Source: an uncultured Alphaproteobacteria bacterium
Lineage (GTDB): Bacteria; Pseudomonadota; Alphaproteobacteria; Rhizobiales; Beijerinckiaceae
Reading direction: 5' to 3'
NCBI GenBank assembly: GCA_963741845.1
Contig: CAVUJV010000006.1
Coordinates: forward strand, 73,055 to 137,054
DNA length: 64,000 nucleotides
A model generated the notes under the pieces. That model saw only the letters and a list, made by a program, of their open reading frames with translations. It had not been told where the DNA came from and ran no database searches. Of this stretch, positions 32,098 to 41,852 are shown in pieces; positions within the stretch are counted from its first letter, which is position 1, and each line of letters opens with the position of its first letter. Made by a program: the position numbers and the translations under genes.

Positions 32098-33801
32098 TCA
32101 GGACGGGGAGGAGGAAGCGGGGGGCCTCACGAGCGCGTCGATCGCCTCCTGGACGCTATGGAAGATGCGGTCGCGACCAATGAGGTCGGTGAGGCCGAGC
32201 CGGGCGAAGCTCTGCTGCGCCCGGACGGATTCCAGCCGGGCGAGCGCCACGTCGATCCCGCGCCCTCTCAGCCTGCCGATGAGATCCTGCAACATGGCGG
32301 CCCCGGTGTAATCAATCTCGACGAGCGCATTGGCCTCGATGACGACAAACCGAAGGGACGCGCCTTCGATGGCCCGTTCGATCTCCGCCCGGAAGTTGTA
32401 GGCGTTGAGGAAGGACAGGGGGGCCTGAAGGGCGATCACCTTGACGCCCGGCGCCTCCTCGTCGGCGACCCCCGGAGTGGGCGGCCACCAGATGGAGGTG
32501 CCCGGAATGCGCTTGAGCTCGACGGCGCGCGAGCGCGTCGTCGTCCAGACGCCGTGCAGGAGCGAGAGGATGATTCCCACGCCGACGCCTTGCTGGATCG
32601 GCAGGGCGAGCATCGCGAGGGCGGTGACGACGATGAGCAGGAATTCCGCCCGGCTTCGCCGCCAGACCTCCGCGATCACGTGCGTCCGAACGATGCGGAA
32701 GGCGACGAAGAACAGGATGCCGGCCAGCGCCGCGCGGGGAATGTGGGCGATGATCCCGCCGCCGAACAGCAGGAGCGCCAGCGCGAGCGCGGCGGTCAGG
32801 AGGCTGGTGAGCTGGGACGTCCCGCCCGCTTCGGCGACGATCGCGGTGCAGGGCGGGCTGGCGTCGACCGCGAAGACTCCGGCTGCGCCCGCGACAAGAT
32901 TCGCCGCGCCCACGCCGACAAAGTCCCGATTGACGTCGGGGTCATGGCCGAGCGGATAGGAGCGCGTCGTCGCGGCCGTCTGCACCATGATGATGAGCGT
33001 AATCACCAGAGCCAGCGGCGCGATCGTGCGGAAATCCGCGAGACCCGCGCTCAACGGGACGATCTGAAACACCGGGCCCGACAGCTCGCCGATCGTGGTC
33101 ACGCCATGCGCTTCGAGACCGAACAGCACGGTCGCTGCTCCCGCGGCGGCAACCCCGATCAGCGCTCCCGGAATGCGCGCGCTGATCCGCTCGCCGAGAA
33201 GCATGATCGCCAACACGCCGAGGCTGATCCCGACCGTCCAGGAATTCGCCGACCCCAGACGCTCTCCGAGGGACTGCGCCTGCTCGAAGAGTGGGCCATG
33301 CGTCGCGTGCAGACCAAGCGCCTCCGGCGCCTGCGAGACGACGATGTGACCGGCGATGCCGGCCAGGAAGCCGGTGGTGACCGGTATCGACAGGAGATCC
33401 GCTATGAAGCCGAACCGCAGGACTCCCGCGACCGCAAGAAGGACCCCGACGCTCAGCGCGAGGGTGGAGGCGGCGCCAAGATAATGGGCCGAGCCAATCC
33501 CGAGCGCCGCCAGCGAGCCGGCGAAGATGGGAGCGATGGTCGAATCGGCGCCGACGGAAAGCCGGCGGCTGTCGCCGAAGGCGGCAAAGCCGATCACGCC
33601 GGCGATCAGCGCCACAAAGCCCGCCTGAGGCGGAAAACCCGCGAGGCGCGCGGTCGCCATCTGCTCCGGAATCGAGATTGCCGCAAGCGTGGCGCCGGCC
33701 ACGAGGTCTGGCCAAAGGTCGCCCATTTTCCAGCCCGTGAGCCCCCGCAGGAGGGGCCACGCGGTTCGGGGCGAGGACGGTTCGTCGGGTGGATGCGTCA
33801 C
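32098..33801 (-). CDS. SulP/SLC26 anion transporter with STAS domain
   Basis: DLVAGATLAAISIPEQMA, GFLAG, many TM segments, C-terminal STAS (PLSFLNA, IDYTGA). Confidence 0.9.
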   Translation of the reverse strand: MTHPPDEPSSPRTAWPLLRGLTGWKMGDLWPDLVAGATLAAISIPEQMATARLAGFPPQAGFVALIAGVIGFAAFGDSRRLSVGADSTIAPIFAGSLAALGIGSAHYLGAASTLALSVGVLLAVAGVLRFGFIADLLSIPVTTGFLAGIAGHIVVSQAPEALGLHATHGPLFEQAQSLGERLGSANSWTVGISLGVLAIMLLGERISARIPGALIGVAAAGAATVLFGLEAHGVTTIGELSGPVFQIVPLSAGLADFRTIAPLALVITLIIMVQTAATTRSYPLGHDPDVNRDFVGVGAANLVAGAAGVFAVDASPPCTAIVAEAGGTSQLTSLLTAALALALLLFGGGIIAHIPRAALAGILFFVAFRIVRTHVIAEVWRRSRAEFLLIVVTALAMLALPIQQGVGVGIILSLLHGVWTTTRSRAVELKRIPGTSIWWPPTPGVADEEAPGVKVIALQAPLSFLNAYNFRAEIERAIEGASLRFVVIEANALVEIDYTGAAMLQDLIGRLRGRGIDVALARLESVRAQQSFARLGLTDLIGRDRIFHSVQEAIDALVRPPASSSPS

Positions 33802-33939
33802 AAGCGTCTCGTTCCTCCCTACGCCGGACGAGGAAGGATTCCTAGAGCGCTCTTGGGCTGACGCGGCTCAGCGAGGACACTCCGACCCGCGCGAAGCGGG
33901 AGAAAAGCGCGGCAGCCGGGCGGGCGACAACGGAGAAAC

Positions 33940-34294
33940 AGAATATTGGAACAAATGCTTCTGATTATCTGGCAGATCGGGTATGATGTCGCATTGCCGT
34001 CAAGCTGGAAGCCGTCCAATGCGCGAATTCGCCAAAGCCGCCGCCCCTGCCGTGAGCGCTACGTGGCCGTTCCAAGGCCGCTTTTTCGCCATCTTTCGGC
34101 CATGGACCGCGCCGCGCCGGAAGCAAATGTCAGCGCAACCTATTGAAAAGGCCCAATTCGCGGAAGGATTTGGCGCATTTTTCAGCCGATTTTTCGCTGA
34201 AAATCGCCCAAAAATGCTTCGTTTCAGGCAGGAAATGCCGAAAATGAGCGCCGAATCGCGGGAAAAGCGCGCAAAAATGCATGCCGCTCTCACC
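33940..34294 (+). repeat. Non-coding repeat, copy 1 (inverted relative to copy 2)
   Basis: 34127-34294 aligns without gaps to the reverse complement of 39763-39930 (129/168 identical by hand count); weaker gapped similarity extends to about 33940. Confidence 0.85.
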
Positions 34295-34385
34295 CCTATG
34301 GCGGAACGGGTCCCGGTGACGAAGCCGCGCCGCGCCGCTAATCTTTGCCGCGGGATCGACCGGGATCAGAGCAGGACGGCGGCAC

Positions 34386-34907
34386 ATGCTTGCGCGCAGA
34401 TTGGCCCTTGCGATGGCCGTGCTGTTCGGCCTCATTGGCGCGCAAGGCCCCGAGTTCGCTCAACAATATCGGCAGCGCCTCGGGGGGACGCTGGACGAAC
34501 TTCAGCGGAGCCTTGCAGAGTTCGACGCCGAGGCGAGGCGCGAACAACTGACGCCCCCGGAAGCCATTGCGCGGCTTGAGCAGAACCCGGACGCGCTCGC
34601 CCGGGGCCGGGGTCAAGACCTGGAGCGGGCGATGGCGCGTTCAGCGCGGCTGCAGGCGCAGATCGAGGCGATGGCCACGGCCGGGCCGATCCGCCGCCTC
34701 TATGTGCTGGCGACGAATTTTGACGCGCCCGTCGCAGAGCGAACGCTGGAGGCCTACGAGCCCGCGGCGCCGCTGACGCTGGAGGCCCTGACGGCGGGCG
34801 GATTTGCCGCCCTCTGGGGTTGGGCGGCGACCCATATCTGCGCCTGGCCGCTGCGTCGCTGGCGCAGGACCCGCGCGGAGGCGCGCGCCGCTAGTGGCGC
34901 ACGATGA
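34386..34907 (+). CDS. DUF2937 family protein
   Basis: N-terminal TM then QGPEFAQQYRQRLGG..DEL, YEPAAPLT, C-terminal TM. Confidence 0.8.
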   Translation: MLARRLALAMAVLFGLIGAQGPEFAQQYRQRLGGTLDELQRSLAEFDAEARREQLTPPEAIARLEQNPDALARGRGQDLERAMARSARLQAQIEAMATAGPIRRLYVLATNFDAPVAERTLEAYEPAAPLTLEALTAGGFAALWGWAATHICAWPLRRWRRTRAEARAASGAR

Positions 34908-35136
34908 TATAGGTATATCCAACGCCAGCGAGGATCAGGATGACCGCGAGGGCGTGCATCCACAGGTCGTCGCCATGTTTGAGGGCGGCGTTGCCGACCT
35001 GGTTGGCGATCGCAAAGGCAGCCGCGGGGAGCATGAAGTGCGCCAGCACTTTCGTCCCGCCCTCGGTAAACATGAAATAGGTGAGCACCACGCACCCGAA
35101 GCACGTCACGGTCACGAAATCATAGACAGTAATCAT
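34891..35136 (-). CDS. Small membrane protein, exosortase (XrtV-type) sorting system accessory-like
   Basis: 81 aa, three TM segments, TVYDFVTV ... H...PA...A.AN..GN pattern; lies directly downstream of the exosortase. Confidence 0.6.
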   Translation of the reverse strand: MITVYDFVTVTCFGCVVLTYFMFTEGGTKVLAHFMLPAAAFAIANQVGNAALKHGDDLWMHALAVILILAGVGYTYIIVRH

Positions 35137-35250
35137 TCCCGCCCGCCCGCATGTCTCTCGTGCGCGGCTTCCCCAAGCCGCGTCAGCGCCAAACGATTTG
35201 TCAGCCGAAAGGACTGACCGGCCTGGCAGGGCCGATCGGTCCGAGCGCCA

Positions 35251-36183
35251 TCAGGCCGCCGCCCCCCGCGCTGGCCGCAGCTTCCGAAAAATCATGCCGA
35301 GGCCGATGAGGACGCCGTCCAGCACGAAGAACAGAATCAGCGCGAAGACGAAGAGGGCAATGCCCGTCAGGTCGTGGAACAGTCCCTCGATCGCGTCGAC
35401 GCCGAAATAGTACGAAGCGAGAACCAGCGTGAGCACGCGGAAGAAATTCGCAAGGATGGTGATCGGGATGATCGAAAGGATCAGCACCGCGCCCCGGAAC
35501 CAGTTGTTCCGAACGAATTCGTAAACATAGAAGATCCCGATGGCCGACAGGGCGAAGATCGAATTCATGCCTGAGCAGGCGTCCTTCACCAGCAGCTGGT
35601 ACGGCCCGATCATGATCATCACGCCATTCTGCGCGATCGGATAACCCAGATCGTACAGGAAGTTGGTGACGACGTCGGAGATCCAGGCCTTGAGCGGCAC
35701 CGTAAAGGAGTCCATCAGCCAGGTCGGCGGAGGAACCGAGAAGAAGAGGAATGCGATCGGGAAGGCGAAGATCCGGGCGAGGGGCCATCCGCCCAGCAGC
35801 AGCACGCAGCCAAGCAGGACCGGGATCTGCGTGAAGGCTTCGACCGTGATCAAATATTGCGAGCGCATCACCACAAGGGCGAAAAGGCCGGCCAGGAGGA
35901 CGGCCCAACCGGCCACCGGCGCCGGCCTCAGCGTGGCCGCGGCAACCTTTTCCCGCTGCTGCCAGGCGAGCCAGACCGAGGCGAGCATGATCAGGGGGCC
36001 GTGACCCTCCTGCTCGGACCGCCATGCCGTATCGGCCAGCCTCAAATAGGTCGGAAGATAGGTCAGCAGAAAGCAAACGCCCATCGCTCCTGCGTAAAGA
36101 AGAAGCGTGGAGCGGTCGCGTTGGGCCGCGAGGGGCGGCGCGCCGCTAGCCCGGTGATCTGGCTTGAGAGTGTTGACCGACAT
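35251..36183 (-). CDS. Exosortase (EpsH/Xrt family), no EpsI domain
   Basis: EQEGHGPLI, G..I..G.YQLLV.DACSG (catalytic Cys), NFFRV (Arg), FHDLTG (His), about 8 TM segments. Confidence 0.92.
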   Translation of the reverse strand: MSVNTLKPDHRASGAPPLAAQRDRSTLLLYAGAMGVCFLLTYLPTYLRLADTAWRSEQEGHGPLIMLASVWLAWQQREKVAAATLRPAPVAGWAVLLAGLFALVVMRSQYLITVEAFTQIPVLLGCVLLLGGWPLARIFAFPIAFLFFSVPPPTWLMDSFTVPLKAWISDVVTNFLYDLGYPIAQNGVMIMIGPYQLLVKDACSGMNSIFALSAIGIFYVYEFVRNNWFRGAVLILSIIPITILANFFRVLTLVLASYYFGVDAIEGLFHDLTGIALFVFALILFFVLDGVLIGLGMIFRKLRPARGAAA

Positions 36184-36245
36184 GTCTCGTCCTGCCCTGA
36201 TCTACGCTCGATATCGTCCGGCGAGGACGCATTCCGGCTTCGATT

Positions 36246-37709
36246 TCAATGGGCATTCTCCCCTGAAAATACAACAAATATCGTCCTAATAATGATCGAT
36301 ATGTCCAGCCAGATGCTCCAGTTGTTGATGTACCAGAGATCGAGCTCAACCCGTTTTTGCATCTTGTCGAGGGTGTCGGTCTCTCCGCGGGCGCCGCAAA
36401 CCTGAGCCCAACCCGTTATCCCGGATTTCACATGATGCCGGAAAGCATACTTTTCGATGGCGGAGGTGAAGAAACGGTCGTGCGCTGACGCATGGGGCCT
36501 TGGGCCGACAATCGACATCTCCCCGTTCAGCACATTCAGAAGCTGGGGAAGTTCGTCTACGCTGTAACGCCGGATCCATTTCCCGACCCGGGTGACGCGA
36601 GCGTCGCTCTTCCGCGCCTGCGTCACAACGTCGCCGTCCTCCATCACGGTCATCGAACGGAATTTGTAGATGCCGAAAGGCCGTCCATTGAATCCGTGTC
36701 GCGTCTGCTTGAAGAAGACCGGCCCGCTCGAATCCAGTTTGATGGCGATGGCGACCGCCAGCATGATCGGGGACAGAAGCACGAGCGCCGTCACGGAGAC
36801 CAGAATATCGAGCGTGCGCTTGGCCGCCTGTTCGAAGGGCGTGAGCGCCGCGCGCTGCAGTTCGATCGCGACCGTGTCGCCGATGTCGTTGTGCGCGCGC
36901 TGGAACAATTGGGCGAGCGTGCCGAAGGGCACGAAAGTCACCGGGAGCGGAAGCACCCGGAGCCGCTTGGCGATCGCGCGGACATTCGCCATCCGCTCGG
37001 GGTCGACAAACAGCACGACCTCCTCGATTTCGGACGTGCGGCACAGAGAAATGACGTGATCGATCACCCCGTCGCGCGCCTCCTCGGCGGCGGGAAGATG
37101 GAAATGCCCGACGAGATGATAGCCGTGGCGGGTCAGATTTTCGATGAATCTCGGAGGAACCGAATCCTCACAGGTCAGGCTGACGGCCGTGCGTCCACGC
37201 AGCGCGCCGCTCTCCAGCGCGCGAGGAAGCACGAACCACCAGATGGATCGATGCGCCAGAAGCGCGACAACCCCGAAGGCCCAGAACAACAGGATGTCGC
37301 CGCGAGACAGATCGTGGCTTACCCCCCAGGTAAATACGCCCGAGGCCAGGATGAGGAAGGCCCCGCACCAGGCCGAGAGAACGCTCCGGGTCTGGTCTTC
37401 CATCAGAACGAGTTGCGCGGGATCGTAAAGCTTCTGCACCCGCATCACGGCGACGAAGAGGATGGCGACGAAAATCGTCGCCGCCATGGAATGGGAAAAT
37501 TCGTTCTCGGCGTCGTATGGAAACCCATTGTAGATGATCTCAGCCCCGAGGGCGGAGGCGGCGATCAGGGCGATGTCGATGAAGAGCGCGACTGCCGGAA
37601 TCGCGCGATAGGAGAACGGCAATCTCCAACGGCGCGCAAACTCGGCATGCGACGGCTTTACGCCGCCGAGCGATCGCGCCGAATCCTGCGCCGCTTGGCT
37701 TTCCGTCAT
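36246..37709 (-). CDS. wcaJ: Undecaprenyl-phosphate glucose phosphotransferase (WcaJ/GumD type)
   Basis: Four N-terminal TM segments, KRTLDI, KFRSM, DELPQLLNVL.GEMSIVGPRP, GITGWAQV, DLWYI. Confidence 0.92.
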   Translation of the reverse strand: MTESQAAQDSARSLGGVKPSHAEFARRWRLPFSYRAIPAVALFIDIALIAASALGAEIIYNGFPYDAENEFSHSMAATIFVAILFVAVMRVQKLYDPAQLVLMEDQTRSVLSAWCGAFLILASGVFTWGVSHDLSRGDILLFWAFGVVALLAHRSIWWFVLPRALESGALRGRTAVSLTCEDSVPPRFIENLTRHGYHLVGHFHLPAAEEARDGVIDHVISLCRTSEIEEVVLFVDPERMANVRAIAKRLRVLPLPVTFVPFGTLAQLFQRAHNDIGDTVAIELQRAALTPFEQAAKRTLDILVSVTALVLLSPIMLAVAIAIKLDSSGPVFFKQTRHGFNGRPFGIYKFRSMTVMEDGDVVTQARKSDARVTRVGKWIRRYSVDELPQLLNVLNGEMSIVGPRPHASAHDRFFTSAIEKYAFRHHVKSGITGWAQVCGARGETDTLDKMQKRVELDLWYINNWSIWLDISIIIRTIFVVFSGENAH

Positions 37710-38001
37710 CCGTCTACGTCCCCACACCACCCCCGAGCCAACGATTTCGTCGTTCTAATGATTGCTCGCTTCAGAGGTTCCCGCCCACCCGCGAAGGCGG
37801 TCGGAGCATTCCTAAGCCAAGACGGGCCAAAAAAAAAGCCGCCCCTGCGGTCTCAAGCAATTTAACCGCCCGCAACGAGCGGCGACGCGGCGTTGTCAAA
37901 ATCTTGCCCATGCGCAATTCTCCACGAGCGTTGGGGCGTCCCGGCAATGCGCGGTGGGCCGGACAGGGCGTTCGCAAAGGTGTGGAGACAGGGGGCGGAA
38001 C

Positions 38002-38418
38002 ATGGTCGGCGCGATTGTCTTTCTTCTCCGGCTCGTCGCCGGGGTCATCATGATTGGCGTGGTCTGGTTCGTTCTGGACACAATTCATGACCGGAACACG
38101 GAAATCATCGTGGCGGTATTGGGGCTGATGTACGCTTTCATCTTCCTGATCTCGCGCCGCATCCAGTACTTTGGGCTTACGGTTTTCTCCTTTTTCGGAC
38201 GCTCCGCCTCCTATGTTCGGAACGTTCCTTATGATCGAAGGCTCGGCGACGAACTCGGAATGGAGACGCCCGGGCGTCATCTCTATCTGAATGTGATTTT
38301 CGCCGGGATGATCGAACTGCTCTGTCTGTTCCGCCTGTTCACGTCGCTGACCGGCAGCGGCGCGTGGAGCCATCTGTCGGACCCGATCCGCGGGATTCTC
38401 CGCTCCGCCCAATTCTGA
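38002..38418 (+). CDS. Hypothetical membrane protein
   Basis: 138 aa, three hydrophobic segments, purine-rich RBS, coding-like codon use. Confidence 0.65.
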   Translation: MVGAIVFLLRLVAGVIMIGVVWFVLDTIHDRNTEIIVAVLGLMYAFIFLISRRIQYFGLTVFSFFGRSASYVRNVPYDRRLGDELGMETPGRHLYLNVIFAGMIELLCLFRLFTSLTGSGAWSHLSDPIRGILRSAQF

Positions 38419-38433
38419 ACGCAATGAACAGGC

Positions 38434-39162
38434 GTGTTCGACGCCCTTGCAGTGGAGGCGATCGTTTTGAAGTGTTCGGGGGTGGGCCTGAGGGCCGCCT
38501 TGGCTTCTGTAGCGCTGCTGGGTCTGGTCGGGAGCGCTCCGGCGGCGGGTCCGGGATCGCCTCAAGACGCAGAGCTTCGCGACTACGCCGTTCACATCGA
38601 CTGGACGCCGAAGCAGCCATGGCCCGGGTACGGGGTCTATCTCGGCAACGGGTTCGTCCTGACCGCGGCGCATGTGGCGGGAGCGTTTGCCCGGAACAAG
38701 CCGCAGGTTGAGGTCGCGGGACGACAATTTCCCACGGCGCTCGTCCGGCAGGGATCGTTCGAAGGGGTCGATTTGACCTTGTTGTCGGTCGATCCGACCC
38801 TGTTGCCGCTTCGGACCGGGATGCGCCGGATGCCGCTCTGCCAGAAGGGGCCCTTCCCGGGCGAAGGGGTCGTGGTCGCGACCCCCGAAGGAACCGCGCG
38901 GTCGCGGGTGCTGCCTCCGGCCGTGCTCCCGCCGGATGTCCGGGGCCGTTTCAGCACCGTCATCGGGGATGTCGCGACGACGGGCAATTCCGGGTCAGGC
39001 GTTTTCGATGCGCGTCAACAATGCCTGCTCGGGATTATCAGTCGCAAGATCACCGTCCAAAGGATGCGGCCGGGCCGGCCCCCGCAGCAGTTCGATATTG
39101 CAAAGTATTTCGTCCCGGTTTCGGACATCAAAGCCTTCCTTCCGCCGAATGTGTCCTTTTAG
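38434..39162 (+). CDS. Secreted trypsin-like serine protease
   Basis: Catalytic triad motifs LTAAHV, DLTLL, GNSGSG; signal peptide. Start uncertain. Confidence 0.85.
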   Translation: MFDALAVEAIVLKCSGVGLRAALASVALLGLVGSAPAAGPGSPQDAELRDYAVHIDWTPKQPWPGYGVYLGNGFVLTAAHVAGAFARNKPQVEVAGRQFPTALVRQGSFEGVDLTLLSVDPTLLPLRTGMRRMPLCQKGPFPGEGVVVATPEGTARSRVLPPAVLPPDVRGRFSTVIGDVATTGNSGSGVFDARQQCLLGIISRKITVQRMRPGRPPQQFDIAKYFVPVSDIKAFLPPNVSF

Positions 39163-39223
39163 ACGGGATGGCGGTCGCAGTCATTTCCCCGAGGGGTGGG
39201 TTGGCTCATCTTTTGCGCAGTTG

Positions 39224-39249
39224 GGAACTTCATTCCGCTTCCAAGCGTT
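39224..39249 (+). promoter_or_regulatory. EcfG (SigT/RpoE2) general stress response promoter
   Basis: GGAAC-N17-CGTT, 25 bp upstream of the ATG at 39275. Confidence 0.7.
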
Positions 39250-39274
39250 GATCACGCAGGAAGAGGAGGATCTC

Positions 39275-39556
39275 ATGACCCGCAACATGCTTGTTTTGTC
39301 CGCCGTCGCGTTTCTCTGCGCCGCCTCTTCGGCCGCTATGGCTGACGAGTCCGGGGCGGTGACGGGCGGCGTCGCCGGCGCTATCGGCGGTGCGGCGGTT
39401 GGCGGACCGGTCGGCGCGATCGTTGGCGGCGTCGGCGGCGCAGCCGTCGGCAACGCCGCGACCAACCATCGCTACTATCACCGAGGCTACGCCTACCGGC
39501 CTTACCACCACCACTGGCGGCCCTATCACCGGGACTACGATGGCTATGCCCGATAA
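39275..39556 (+). CDS. Small secreted glycine-zipper protein with His/Tyr/Arg-rich tail (93 aa)
   Basis: RBS GAGGAGG, signal peptide ending AMA, GAVTGGVAGAIGGAAVGGPVGA zipper, own terminator. Confidence 0.8.
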   Translation: MTRNMLVLSAVAFLCAASSAAMADESGAVTGGVAGAIGGAAVGGPVGAIVGGVGGAAVGNAATNHRYYHRGYAYRPYHHHWRPYHRDYDGYAR

Positions 39557-39574
39557 TAACCAAGGTGGTACAGG

Positions 39575-39601
39575 AAAGGGCCGGAAGTTCCGGCCTTTTT
39601 C
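39575..39601 (+). terminator. Rho-independent terminator
   Basis: GGCCGGAA/TTCCGGCC stem followed by TTTTT. Confidence 0.85.
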
Positions 39602-39762
39602 TTGTGGGCCGGCGGAGCGCCGCTTCGCCGCTTTCGATTTTTAGGACGCCCGCCACGAGCGGCGTCCTGCGAGCGTTGCGCGTCCAAACAAGACCCGTCT
39701 TCTTGAAACCCCTAAACTGGGGCGAAGGCCGATCGCCTGGCCGGCTCCCGCCGCGACGCCGC

Positions 39763-40115
39763 CGTGAGAACGTCACGCATTTCGCGCCTCTTTTGCTGCG
39801 ATTTCGGGTTCATTCGAGGTCTTTCGGGCCTGAAACGAAGCATTTTCGAACGATTTTCAGCGGAAAACCGGCTGAAATAGACGCCATTTTCTTCCGCGAA
39901 TTGGGACTTTTCAACGACTTGCGCTGACATTTCCTTCCGGCCCACGCGCGGGTGATGGCCTCGGGATGGCCGAAAGACGGCCAAAACATGGCGCGTCGGG
40001 CCATGCCGAGAGGGCGGCGGTCTTGGCGATTTCGCATAGGCAGTCTCCGGCTTGACGACGATCAGGCATTATATCGACAAATGCGGAAAATCGGAAATTT
40101 TTGCTATCAACATAA
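39763..40115 (-). repeat. Non-coding repeat, copy 2
   Basis: Reverse complement matches 33940-34294, e.g. AAATGTCAGCGCAA, TTGAAAAG.CCCAATTCGCGGAAG, GCTGAAAATCG, AAAATGCTTCGTTTCAGGC. Confidence 0.85.
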
Positions 40116-40700
40116 TTGTTATGGCCTGACCGCGCTCGCTCTGGTCCGCGTCGTTCGCCCGTCAAGGGCGCATAGAGCCGGGCCACATGGCCGAACTGCT
40201 CCGCAATCAACAACGATTTCACCATGGAAGGCCGAACGCCCATCATCCCTATGGTGGGTCACCGACGCAGGTCCATGCGGATCGCGGTCAACTTCGACGT
40301 CGATATTCAAGAAGGACAAAAGCAGGGATGGCGCGATCTCCCGAACAGGCGCGAATGAGAGATCGTCGGGGCCCCTGGAGCGGGTCACTTGCAGAGGCCA
40401 ATCCCGCTTCGGAACCGCGGGACGTCCGTACAGAAACGGGACGTCCGCACAGAAAAATGCAACACGCGGCACGTTCGGTTGACCGCGATCTCCGACCTTG
40501 CAGGGCAGGCGCCTAAAGAAGCCGCAGCGTAAAGAGTTTCGTCCGTCCACGGATATACGTCGGGGAACCAGGCATTGCGCCAACGCCTCCGACCTCGTAA
40601 TTCTGCGACGTTGCGCGTGGCTGCCTTTTGCATTCGGCAAAAATTAGATCCGACGGCTGAAATAAGCGGGGCAGCCTGGCGGCGGACTTGGGAGATTGAG

Positions 40701-41852
40701 ATGGGTCTGGTTCGTCGCGGAGCGAGTATTGCGGTTGTTGGCGGCATCGTCGTCGTTCCTTTGTTGATCGGCGAGGCGACGCTCGGGCCCTTGTCGTACG
40801 TCGAATCGGCTCGCGCGCAGCCGATCCGCAATCTCATCGCGCGCTTGCGCGGCGAGAAGCTGCCCTCGGGCATCGTCAAGTCGAACGGCCGGATTGAGGC
40901 GACGCAGGTCGACGTCTCGTCCAAATACGCAGGTCGGCTCGATGAGGTCACGGTCGAGGAAGGCTCGCCCGTAACGCAAGGCCAGGTCATCGCGCGTATT
41001 TCCTCGCCCGAATACGAGGCGCAGTTGCGCGCAGCGCAATCCGACGTCCAGCGCGCCAAAGACGCCCTCGCCTCGGCGGAGGCGGAGATTGTCTCGCGCC
41101 AGAGCTCGCTCGAATTCGCGAAGTCGGATTTCGAGCGCGGACAGGAGCTGATGAAGACCGGCTTCATCACCAAGCAGGCCTTCGAGCAGCGGAAGCGCAA
41201 TTTCGATGCAGCCGCGGCGTCGGTGAAGAGCTTCACGTCGCAACGCGATCAGGCCCAGTCGGCGATCAAGAATTCGGAAGCCCAGGTCGAACGGATCGAG
41301 GCGATCATCAAGGATCTGACGCTCGTCTCGCCAAGGAACGGCCGCGTGCAATATCAACTTGCCCGCGCCGGCGAAGTCGTCGCGGCCGGCGCGCCGATCG
41401 TCACGATCCTCGACCTCACCGACGTCTACATGACGATTTTCCTGCCCGCCGCTGACGCCGGCCGTGTGACGGTTGGTGAAGAGGCGCGCATCATCCTCGA
41501 CCCGGTTCCGGATTACGTCGTGCCTGCAAGGGTCAGTTTCGTCGCGGCCGACGCTCAGTTCACGCCGAAGACCGTGGAAACGAAGGACGAGCGCGCCAAG
41601 CTGATGTTCCGCATGAAGCTGAAGATCGATCCCGGCGTTCTGCAGCAATTCTACACGCGGGTGAAGACGGGCGTGCGGGGCCTCGGCTTCGTTCGCACCA
41701 AGGCCAACGTGGAATGGCCGGCCGACCTTCAGGTCAAGCTGCCGAAACCGCCCGAGGCGAAGACGCAGGGCGATGCCGCGCCGCAAAGCCCCCCGCCGGC
41801 GGCCCAGCCTGACGCGAAAGCGTCCGATACGAAAACGCCCGACGCAAAATGA
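40701..41852 (+). CDS. HlyD family membrane fusion protein (YhiI-like)
   Basis: [19 protein letters not shown], coiled coil, [19 protein letters not shown]. Confidence 0.92.
   Translation: MGLVRRGASIAVVGGIVVVPLLIGEATLGPLSYVESARAQPIRNLIARLRGEKLPSGIVKSNGRIEATQVDVSSKYAGRLDEVTVEEGSPVTQGQVIARISSPEYEAQLRAAQSDVQRAKDALASAEAEIVSRQSSLEFAKSDFERGQELMKTGFITKQAFEQRKRNFDAAAASVKSFTSQRDQAQSAIKNSEAQVERIEAIIKDLTLVSPRNGRVQYQLARAGEVVAAGAPIVTILDLTDVYMTIFLPAADAGRVTVGEEARIILDPVPDYVVPARVSFVAADAQFTPKTVETKDERAKLMFRMKLKIDPGVLQQFYTRVKTGVRGLGFVRTKANVEWPADLQVKLPKPPEAKTQGDAAPQSPPPAAQPDAKASDTKTPDAK

Noticed and set aside
34127-34294. Paralogous small proteins (MSAQ..EK.QFAE) encoded by the two repeats
   Set aside because: Differences are mostly non-synonymous, codon use is AT-rich and stop positions differ, so conservation looks DNA-level. 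Not fully excluded because the frame is open in both copies.
40116-40700. ORFs between repeat copy 2 and HlyD
   Set aside because: No recognisable motifs, RBS or codon bias; possibly degraded sequence.
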